Below are positions 9,801 to 17,300 of a stretch of 25,887 bases of DNA, piece after piece. Numbering within the stretch: the stretch's first letter is position 1; the number at the start of each line of letters is the position of its first letter. The translations under genes were made by a program, and so were the position numbers. The stretch comes from a virus (lineage: Duplodnaviria; Caudoviricetes), in the IMG/VR virus record IMGVR_UViG_3300011013_000074, positions 1-25,887 of that record, one strand, 5' to 3'. Under the pieces are notes generated by a model, which worked only from the letters and a program-made list of their open reading frames with translations, was not told where the DNA came from and did not search any database.

Positions 9801-10372
9801 TCACGCCAAGCACACCTGAGCAAATAGCCGCATGGTTAGGAGAAGATAATGGGCAAGAAGGGAATTCAAGCGAAACTCAAGACGCTACCACCGAACAGCC
9901 AGAAGAAGGTACTCGACCTGACGGCGAAGCGACTAAAAACACGGGAGGAACTAAAAACGCGACTCTCGAAAGCTACACAGAAGCGGACCTAGCCGCACAA
10001 ACTAAGGCTAAAGACAAACAAGCTAAGGCGGATCAGGACGCAGACGAAACTGCCAAAGCCGAGGCTGAAAAAAGAAATGTGCGTGATCGTAGTGTGGGTG
10101 CCGCGTCCGAATTCCAATTGGGGCAATCCGCAGAAGATAACCTAGCAGGCCAGAAGGATATATTCTCAGCACCCGAACCCAAGAAAACAGAACCTAAGCC
10201 TGAGCCTACCAACATTATTGCTTTGGCCGATATACCAAGAACCCTCAAAATAACGATTGAGAAAGATGTTCGCGGCAAAACCAAGACAAAGTTGGTAAAC
10301 GCACGCAAGGCAATGACACTTGCCACACAACGGGTTGAAAAGCTGCAAGCCTTGAAAAGGTGTCTAGGATGA
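6713..10372 (+). CDS. Large internal virion (ejection) polyvalent protein with an inorganic pyrophosphatase-like (InPase) domain
   Basis: GGAGG RBS with a GTG start. Gly/Ala hydrophobic segments and an E...EE..Q motif at about 7340-8110 suggest membrane penetration. PT..QKEAGNYKKGH...IENP.GS.R.G...HYGYI..TEGADGDHVDV...FDEHKVM.GF at about 8575-9020 matches the InPase domain of polyvalent proteins. Confidence 0.8.
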   Translation: MAYNLKAARDAGVPDSEIADHLANLHGYQISKAREAGVTDTEIADHLSKKSTTIAKVKNAITSETIAERAEKLPASSKEPSPRDVLQVDDGRVTTTTDRATDISVDKLIAPKGGERDIMAETSRFLQSNDDILPEQTRSEAVKDISLPTVDPAEEEAKARRDALIVLAKTNTPEGVNARRILDEQWGEYARQNARQNRANANPITSDAATDFMIGVAQIPGAAIGLLDIAPALVFGGRPADYLFDEIGKVTGFHPSEYAKRLEQDYSDIRKQGQEDIAAVWDDETKGWWDVTKEYAANPGVTAGNVVKSLPIIAAGGVVGRIAMLKKAGLAPVTAGAIGEGSMMAGSQMQDFDESVDARKAALASLATGVLGAAIGKYGGALASKLGIRDVDTLVAGGAVGGVTSPFYKRIPAAMVQEGIIEEATQSSMEQMLKNIAEDKPVMEGVDRATVEGTLAGSAMGGMASAPGIYKKPGMLTRAVNKAQQGDIPDGAISADEVLGAADSLAQPTGKEAATSTVEQAAPPINGGQDGTTSTPLDAGLDTGTVESGNPDGEGSARNDVLQHDIDSGTGRDGVPGAPLESDGKIVTAQSGDRTKAVIDAKSEIDEAAREAATSPENNLPEPTQGQKEAGNYKKGHTTIHGMDVAIENPQGSERKGVDPDGKAWKVNLPAHYGYIKRTEGADGDHVDVYIGPNPESAEVFVVDQVDAKTTKFDEHKVMIGFKSEAEATTTYKAGFSDGKGADRIGSITPLSMDEFKGWLKDGDTKNPLAKQVSSNVLRKHIETLIKFKRNAGQVKLAPQLENAINKAKNALKTGKGKASDFKKLAKVFKGKDDAISTELLSIADMLESSRPAQKKPQKASSDLLQRIKQLGGVDIGSVLDITGEPKAPGAWKFAFRKAGRGLDDLATVLAAEGFAIDTNDVDGGVQQLKDMIRAHINGERNFRHIDIEEQAERNKNDEYLNSLYEEADKLGIKVDGMSQQQIEDAVYAEEDARIMASADAQGLNDGEAEVSDAIFDGVVENDDLDLDNLTPSTPEQIAAWLGEDNGQEGNSSETQDATTEQPEEGTRPDGEATKNTGGTKNATLESYTEADLAAQTKAKDKQAKADQDADETAKAEAEKRNVRDRSVGAASEFQLGQSAEDNLAGQKDIFSAPEPKKTEPKPEPTNIIALADIPRTLKITIEKDVRGKTKTKLVNARKAMTLATQRVEKLQALKRCLG
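8291..8296 (+). promoter_or_regulatory. Candidate RBS for the nested ORF at 8301
   Basis: GGGGGT-CAGG-ATG resembles the G-rich GGGGGGTC-ATG context of the gene starting at 5634. Confidence 0.4.
8301..8510 (+). CDS. Candidate nested (overprinted) 69-aa protein in the +1 frame of the 1219-aa gene
   Basis: MAQLLHLWMPDWIQEPLRAGILTEKEAQEMTFFNMILIQEPDAMECPEHLWNLMERLSLHRAETEQRPS. It has an RBS-like sequence, amphipathic helical patterning, and coincides with a disordered host-frame linker. Confidence 0.55.
   Translation: MAQLLHLWMPDWIQEPLRAGILTEKEAQEMTFFNMILIQEPDAMECPEHLWNLMERLSLHRAETEQRPS
9838..9842 (+). promoter_or_regulatory. Candidate RBS for the nested ORF at 9849
   Basis: TTAGGAGAAGATAATG has AGGAG 6 nt before the ATG, nearly the same as TTAGGAGATAAGTATG before the gene at 4958. 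Confidence 0.5.
9849..9992 (+). CDS. Candidate nested 47-aa basic protein in the +1 frame of the 1219-aa gene
   Basis: MGKKGIQAKLKTLPPNSQKKVLDLTAKRLKTREELKTRLSKATQKRT. It has a well-spaced AGGAG RBS and overlaps an acidic disordered linker. It is not listed in the ORF track, whose shortest entries are 60 aa. Confidence 0.45.
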   Translation: MGKKGIQAKLKTLPPNSQKKVLDLTAKRLKTREELKTRLSKATQKRT

Positions 10373-10659
10373 GCGGGCTGTTTGATGATGATGATCTGGA
10401 AGATTTAACCCCGCCTACTCAGCCCTCAATTGGCGAAGAGATAAATTCTGCACTTGTACCAGCAGTCAAGGATATGCAGCAATCAAACAAGGATCTTGCA
10501 ACTGATTTAGCGCGGAGCATGAAAGAGGCGATTGAAAATATGCCGAAATCACATGAACCGCACAAGCAGATTCTTGAGTGGGATTTTGAAGTAAACTATA
10601 CAAAATTAGACGGTATTTATAGGCCAACTAATTTCAAGGCAAAAGCGGTGGTTAAGTAA
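10369..10659 (+). CDS. Hypothetical phage protein
   Basis: The ATG at 10369 overlaps the upstream TGA (ATGA) and is preferred over the start at 10360. Acidic N-terminus and a WDFEV...KAK C-terminal hairpin. Confidence 0.65.
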   Translation: MSGLFDDDDLEDLTPPTQPSIGEEINSALVPAVKDMQQSNKDLATDLARSMKEAIENMPKSHEPHKQILEWDFEVNYTKLDGIYRPTNFKAKAVVK

Positions 10660-13652
10660 TGGCCATCTCCATCGTTGGCGGCAAAATAAACATCGCTGGC
10701 TCGTATGCTAGCGGTACTGCCACATCCGGCACATCTACATCAATTACTGACACGGGAGCAGCATGGACAGCCTCACCCGCTACAGCTTCACTTGAGCGTC
10801 GCATTGTTTGGATTACTGGCGGGACTGGTGCTGGCCAGAGTAGGGCTATTGAAAGTAACACTGGAACAACAGCAAACATCTACCCAACCCACCCTTTCTT
10901 TCCTGCACCAGATAACACATCTACCTATGCATTCGGCTATGACTTAACTGATATTCAGGCTGCTGGTTACGGCTCTTGGTTGATCGGCGTGACAGAGCGT
11001 ATTCTGAACGTGCCAACATACGACATCAACATTTCTGCAACAGGTTTCTTCGGGCAAGTAGGCGGCGCGCTCAACTTTACAACTCTTGACAAAACATTCT
11101 ACGGCGCAGTTGGCGGCTATTTCCAATTAGGACAATTGGTGAACGGTCGCGGTGTGGACGGTATGGCAATATCTTTCGCAAAGAATACAGCGACAGGTTG
11201 GTTATATCCTGCTTTCCTATGCCGCAGGAATATGTATGGCGTGCAGCTCACCTGCCAGAAGGAGATTGCAGAATCCCACATGGTAGCTTGGTATGCAGGC
11301 ACTACGCATGATGCTGTTGAATATATTGATTGCGTAACTCGCAATGTCCCGCTCTACATCGAAAATGGTGACACCGCTAAATATGTGGCTCAAAACGGAT
11401 TGGGTTCAATTACGGTTGAAAGCGATGCGGCGGCGGCTGATTTCTTGACTGTGCTTAATACTTCTTTTGTGCCAAGTGAAACAGTGGCTTATGACGGACA
11501 AGACATTTTTGACCTATCAGTAAATGGTATCCCGGGCGGGGTAAGGCCATTCCAGATTATAACGTCTGGATATGCCAATACCTACGGAGCGGCCTATTTC
11601 TGGAATTTAACCACTGATGAAATAAGCTATCTGCATAACGTATTCATGTGGATGCGCTTTACCAATGGAAAAGACGGATACACAGACAATTATCTAGGCA
11701 ACACGGTTGACATAACGGTCGTTGATGGTGCGTCCGTTGGCATACAAGGTGTGCAAATCAGGGTTGCTGATACAAACGGTAATGATGTAATTGTCACAGG
11801 TAAAGCAGGCACACCAGATTACGAGCCTACTTTTGGCACGATAGTTACAGATTCAAATGGAACATACACAGGGCCATTCGGTTCTAACGAGGGTATGTTC
11901 ATCATTCACAACAAAATTGAATGTGCGAACCCAACACACACTTGCCAAAATGCATTAACGATAAGCTCTGCTAATCCAGCTATCGTCACTTATACAGGTT
12001 CAGATGTTTACACAAGTGGAGGAGAGCTTGTTATTCATACTACTGGCGCACTTCCTACGGCTATCCCGAACGATCAGGTTATTTACGTTAAAACAGGGAC
12101 GCTAAACACCACAACCAACACATTCCAAGTCGCGCTGACTCCTACCGGGACTGCTTTAGATGGTGCTGGCACTCAATCTGGTACGCATTTAGGACAAACG
12201 TACAACGCAAGTTTCAATAGAACTTGCTACCGGACAGCAATAACCAATACAGATTATTCACCTTACTCAATGACGATGGTGAAGTATGGATATGTGGCTC
12301 AGACAGTAGCAAGGAATTGGAACTCCCGATCTGTAGAAACAAATGGTATGGCTGTTAATAACTTCGTGGTCGCCAGCAAAGCGACCGCAGCAGCTTATAC
12401 TGGAGTTTCTATAACAGGGAGCGCAAAGACAATCGTGCTTTCTGTCGCAAGAACTTTGCAAGAACTATATGACTACTCGCAAGCGTGGAGAGATACATCA
12501 GGTGGTGCAAACCTGCAATATACAGAACCTTTAATAACGCCGGACGGAATCAACTTCACATTAAGCACAGGATGGTCATTGACACCAGAGAGTTATCTTG
12601 ATTATGAGTCAAAGCGGGTGGCTGGCGGTACGATTATATACCCAACAGCAGGAGTATATGCGCCGACACTAGGAACTTGCACTATATCTTTCGGAGCGGT
12701 ATCAGGCTCTTATACATTAAGCTCTGCCGATATATCCGGTACGGTCACTTTGGTTAATACGGGCGGCGGAAGCCTCACTGTTTATCTACCTGTTGGGACA
12801 TCCTACGTAAACACGGGGCCAAACATCACGGTAGTCACTGGGACAGTGGCAATATCAGCGCCGAACCTAGCAGACGGCACAAAAGTACGCTTGTACAACG
12901 TAACAGATGATGTTGAGATTGAAACGGCAATTGTCTCTGGCGGGGCTGGGTATATAAATAACTACACTTTTGTTTCCGACTTCACAGTCAGACTTGATGC
13001 GACATACCAAAATGGAACGAGCGCCTATGAACCTATCGTAAATTCCACAGGGCTTGTCACCTCTGCGGGATACACCTTTACAGATACTCAATCTGCGTGG
13101 GCTGCGTATGATGCGTGGGGGCTAGATGGCTCAACGATGACAGAGTTTACCGCTGATGCGTTAGGGCATATTGAAGTTGACATTGACGACCCAGATGGTG
13201 TAACGCAGAAAACAAGGCTTGGTGCTTGGTATGCCTATCTTCTTACAACAGATATTGGAATCCGTAATTACATGGGGGTTATATCACTTGTATCTGCGGC
13301 TGAGATAGTTATTCACTCTGCTGTTGTGGACTTGCTTCTGGATAATGTCAGCACCACAAAAGATGCGCGTTTTGACGATTTGACAGTCAATATGTATAGC
13401 GACCAAGGCACAAGCCTAGTAGCGTCAACCAGCAAGACTATCGTTCTTGAATACAATGGACAGCCAAGTGTGGTAAACCTGGCAACTATGCAAACAAAAA
13501 TAGATGAGATTCATGGGCTTGACGGACTTGATGCAGCCAGACCGCTGAAAGTTCTAAAGGATAATACCTCTCGATCAGCGGGTGTCGGCGCAGGGTCTAT
13601 AAATCAAACCATTGAGGATGATGGAACAACCGTGACGGTAACGAGAGTATGA
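10659..13652 (+). CDS. Large beta-rich virion appendage (fibre or spike-like) protein
   Basis: 997 aa, Thr/Gly/Ser/Tyr-rich. N-terminal SGTATSGT...ITGGTGAGQ.R.I.SNT module, internal TISSANPAIVT...TTGALPT...NTFQVA module, and C-terminal GLD...PL.V....RSAG...I.QTI....TVTR module, all of types seen in phage structural proteins. Confidence 0.6.
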   Translation: MAISIVGGKINIAGSYASGTATSGTSTSITDTGAAWTASPATASLERRIVWITGGTGAGQSRAIESNTGTTANIYPTHPFFPAPDNTSTYAFGYDLTDIQAAGYGSWLIGVTERILNVPTYDINISATGFFGQVGGALNFTTLDKTFYGAVGGYFQLGQLVNGRGVDGMAISFAKNTATGWLYPAFLCRRNMYGVQLTCQKEIAESHMVAWYAGTTHDAVEYIDCVTRNVPLYIENGDTAKYVAQNGLGSITVESDAAAADFLTVLNTSFVPSETVAYDGQDIFDLSVNGIPGGVRPFQIITSGYANTYGAAYFWNLTTDEISYLHNVFMWMRFTNGKDGYTDNYLGNTVDITVVDGASVGIQGVQIRVADTNGNDVIVTGKAGTPDYEPTFGTIVTDSNGTYTGPFGSNEGMFIIHNKIECANPTHTCQNALTISSANPAIVTYTGSDVYTSGGELVIHTTGALPTAIPNDQVIYVKTGTLNTTTNTFQVALTPTGTALDGAGTQSGTHLGQTYNASFNRTCYRTAITNTDYSPYSMTMVKYGYVAQTVARNWNSRSVETNGMAVNNFVVASKATAAAYTGVSITGSAKTIVLSVARTLQELYDYSQAWRDTSGGANLQYTEPLITPDGINFTLSTGWSLTPESYLDYESKRVAGGTIIYPTAGVYAPTLGTCTISFGAVSGSYTLSSADISGTVTLVNTGGGSLTVYLPVGTSYVNTGPNITVVTGTVAISAPNLADGTKVRLYNVTDDVEIETAIVSGGAGYINNYTFVSDFTVRLDATYQNGTSAYEPIVNSTGLVTSAGYTFTDTQSAWAAYDAWGLDGSTMTEFTADALGHIEVDIDDPDGVTQKTRLGAWYAYLLTTDIGIRNYMGVISLVSAAEIVIHSAVVDLLLDNVSTTKDARFDDLTVNMYSDQGTSLVASTSKTIVLEYNGQPSVVNLATMQTKIDEIHGLDGLDAARPLKVLKDNTSRSAGVGAGSINQTIEDDGTTVTVTRV

Positions 13653-14092
13653 AAAAAATAATTTTACTGCTTATAGCCTTGGCATTTATTATTGTCCCAG
13701 CTCAGATTGTTTATGCTGACAGTGATCCGAGGTATTGCGGAACCCCAAAACGTTATGCAAATGGAAAAATAAAACGTAGCACAAAAGAGCTTGCCCGTTT
13801 TGCACGTTGGCATAAATGTCCATCGAACGGGAAATATAGTTATAGAGGCTGCAAAGATTGGCAGATTAACCACATAATACCTTTAGCGTGCGGAGGGTGT
13901 GATAATGCTGAAAATATGGAGTGGGCACACAAATCAATTAAAACGTGTGCAAAAAACTCTGTTGCATATTCTCCGTCCAGCGGTAAGTCGTGGAAGGTAC
14001 ATTGCATCGATAGGTACGAACGGAAGATATATGCGCACGATCCCCCGTTTGCCGGTACTGAAAATTGTGTTAGCGAGATTGTGAATAAATAA
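13649..14092 (+). CDS. Signal-peptide-bearing Cys-rich HNH endonuclease-like protein
   Basis: MKK, a hydrophobic core and a VYA|D cleavage-like site, followed by RS......F...H.CPS.G.....C..W.INHIIPLACGGCD..ENMEW, a beta-beta-alpha-metal motif. Confidence 0.7.
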   Translation: MKKIILLLIALAFIIVPAQIVYADSDPRYCGTPKRYANGKIKRSTKELARFARWHKCPSNGKYSYRGCKDWQINHIIPLACGGCDNAENMEWAHKSIKTCAKNSVAYSPSSGKSWKVHCIDRYERKIYAHDPPFAGTENCVSEIVNK

Positions 14093-14361
14093 TGGCTCTA
14101 TCCGCACTCAGCATTGTAACCAAAGGAATCGGCTTCGGGGCGGTCGCGGTCGCTCTATCTGGTTTTGCCGATGTCTCAGTTACGCCGCCTGCATCACCAC
14201 CTCAACAGCAATACACTATGGGGGCTGGCGGGAGTAGTTTTGCCAAAGCGACAATTGTAGATCGTCCATCGCCTAACACGCTTGCATTAAAAATGCTAAG
14301 GCAGGATGATGAAATGGTACTGGAAATTATAATGGCTGCAGTTACAGGGAACCTGTTATGA
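14092..14361 (+). CDS. Hypothetical phage protein
   Basis: 89 aa, coupled on both sides (TAATG, ATGA). Hydrophobic Gly-rich N-terminus and a DDE..LEIIMAAV C-terminus. Confidence 0.65.
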   Translation: MALSALSIVTKGIGFGAVAVALSGFADVSVTPPASPPQQQYTMGAGGSSFAKATIVDRPSPNTLALKMLRQDDEMVLEIIMAAVTGNLL

Positions 14362-17300
14362 CTATCGCATCATGCGTTGAATCCATAAATAAAGGCAAAG
14401 TAGTATTCCGCGAAAAAGACGTAAAGGAGATTCTTGCGGCAAAGAACCGCATCATATTGTCCGGTGAAAAGGTTTTAGCGTCGGCAGAGCGTAAAGCCGT
14501 TCAAGAGTTGCTTGATGATGCGCTGGCCGATCAAGCGATGGTGGATGAGTTGGTGCGGGAAGAGTTGGGATTGCCAGTTGAAAAACCTGTCGCCGCTATC
14601 GACACCTCAAAGAAACCAGTCGATGAAACGGGGGAAAATAAACGGGTTGCCGAACCCGCGAAGCCAAGCAAGCCGACCGCAAGCTGGATTGTAAAAAATA
14701 AAAAGACAGGAGAAGTTCTGTTTGAGACATTCGACAAAAAGAAGGTCGATGCACTGAATACGGAAAAATATGAGGCCGTTCCAATTCAAGATCATCTTGT
14801 CGAGATAAATAAGAAAATAAAAGCAGAGAAGCCCGATGATGGCGTTGCGCTGTTTAGCAAGAGCGATCAGGCTAAACCTGCTCCAGAAGCAAATTCATAC
14901 TCAGAAGTTGTGAATATAGTAAAGAAATATGCGAAGGAGTTTGGTTATATAGTATTAGTCCAGGATAGCAGTGCTGTTTCAAAAAGCGAATACTTATACG
15001 TTAAGAATAAGGATGGCAAAGTAATTAAAATAAGAATCTCTGACCATGCTGATGTATCTATGCAGGCTGGCGGAGCCAGTCAATCAATCAAGCATGATGC
15101 AAGCATTGATTTTGTAGGAGGCGATTTTGAAAATTTAATTGACGATATTGTTATCTATTTGGCGGAAGATGCGGGAAAAAAAGTGCCAAGTGAGATTGCC
15201 AGCAGAATGCACGAATACAGCAAGCGGATGGATGAATACGCGAAGCGGAAGCGTCAAGAGAAGGTAGAGTACGAAAAGAAATACCTATCTAATCAAGCAC
15301 TGAAAGACATTGAAGCATGGAGGAAAGAAAAAAAAGACTATGATGAACTTGCCGAGCGTCTACCTGAGAACGCAAAGAAAAGGAATGCAATATATAAATC
15401 CAACGAAATAAACGACCGCATCCTGCATCTTGAAAAACGAATAGCTAATTTCCAAGCCGACCCCAACATAGGAGAAAGATTCCAAAACAGGGAATGGGAC
15501 TCTTTTAATGTTGGTGAGCAAAGCACTCTATCATCAGCGCTTAAAAAGGCCGGCGACAAGAAAGTGGCAGCACCTAAGGAAGTTAAAGCGTCAAGCGTAG
15601 TGATTGCCAATACCCTAGCTGGCCAACAGGATGTATTCGACCGCGTAAGAAATGGCGATATTACCTCAGAAGAGTTTAAGTCGGCATTTGCTTCCGTGTT
15701 GAGCAACAAGGATGCGTTGGTAGCTGAATTGTCGAGAATGACTAAGCCGCAGATTTTCGAGAAGTACCCAGGCTTATCGGTGCGATACAAGAATGAGCGA
15801 AAGGCGGATGTTGTGGATGCAGCATACGACGATATGATCCTACGTTTTACGTTGGGGAAAACGCTCCATTACCAATTAGGAAGTTACGGATCATCGGGAA
15901 TCCAAGAATCTACATACGACAAAGCAATTCGGGATATAGTTGAAGCTACCACCGATGAAACCCTTGCCGAATACGCGGCCTCAATAAAGCAAGATGAAGA
16001 AGATCGTGCCGCCCAGCGCAAGGAAGCCGAATCTGGGATGGAGAATCCGCAAACCATAACGGACTTCAAACGCATCCTCATTGCGAAAAGTAAGGAAACC
16101 GGCATAACTCTGGTTGATGACCTGCGTATGATGCTGCCACTTGAGCAGCGTATCCAATATGATGAATTGGAGGCTGATGCCTCACGATCCGAAAGGGATG
16201 GACGCAAGGAATCACAGAAAGACTCATTTATCCGCGCCCCCGGTGAGGCTGTCGCCACCACTGAGATTATCCATACCAAACACACCAAGCAAGGCCATGA
16301 CTTGTGGCAGTTCAACTTTGAAGATAAAGTATCAAAAGAAGAGTTCCGCGCACTAGCGGCGCAGGCACGTACATTGGGTGGAAACTACTCAAGCTATCGC
16401 GGCAGTGGTGCGATACCTGGCTGGCAGTTCCGTACTGAGGAATCCGCCAAGGCATTCAAAAAACTGGTGGCTGGTGATGCTACCGAAGCGAAGGATATTG
16501 CGCAGGAGCGACGCAACGCCTTTGCCGATGATAAATCTCAGACCGCCGTTGAGCGTTTAACCGAAATGGCTGACGCGCTGGAAGAAAAGGCCGACACAGC
16601 ATTAAATCAAGACCGCAAGGAAAATACACATAGGCGTGCAGAAATAGCCGCCAGAGCCGAGGCCGCAGCCAACAGCGATAAGGCGCTGGCCAAGACAATG
16701 CGCAATATTGCAGAAGCAATCGATAGCGGTAAAGCCAATCTCCTCGACCGCATTCGCCAGAAGATTCAGGTTGAAACCTTGCGCGGTTATGTAAATACCG
16801 CTAAGTCAGATATGCAACGCAAGCAATATGACACCTATGCGGAGCGCGAAAAACACAAGGATGATCCAACAACGGTCGAGGTTGCCGATCACGTAACATT
16901 CCCGACTTATACTGTTTATCGTTCGGATTTGGCGAACGTGGGCCGTACTTTATTAGTAAACCCCGGAACTAAAATGCTTGGCCAGCGAATCATGAAGGTG
17001 GCCGATGATGTCAGTAATGTTTATCTGAAGTTTGCCAAAGAAAATCTGAATAAGGTGGCGACTTTCGGAACCAAAGATTTGAAGATTGCGACCTTTTCTT
17101 CAAAGGCTGATGCTAATGCCGCAATAGCACGATCAAATTTCAGGGGGATGGCAATACCTCTGGCCGTTAAACGCAACGAGGTAATGATTATTCTCAGCCC
17201 GTCAGAGGCTATAAAGCGCGGCGTATGGGAAGGAGACAACGACAAACGCATAACCCTTAATCCTAGGGCCGGTGCAGATATTGTTGAGAAGCTAGGCAAA

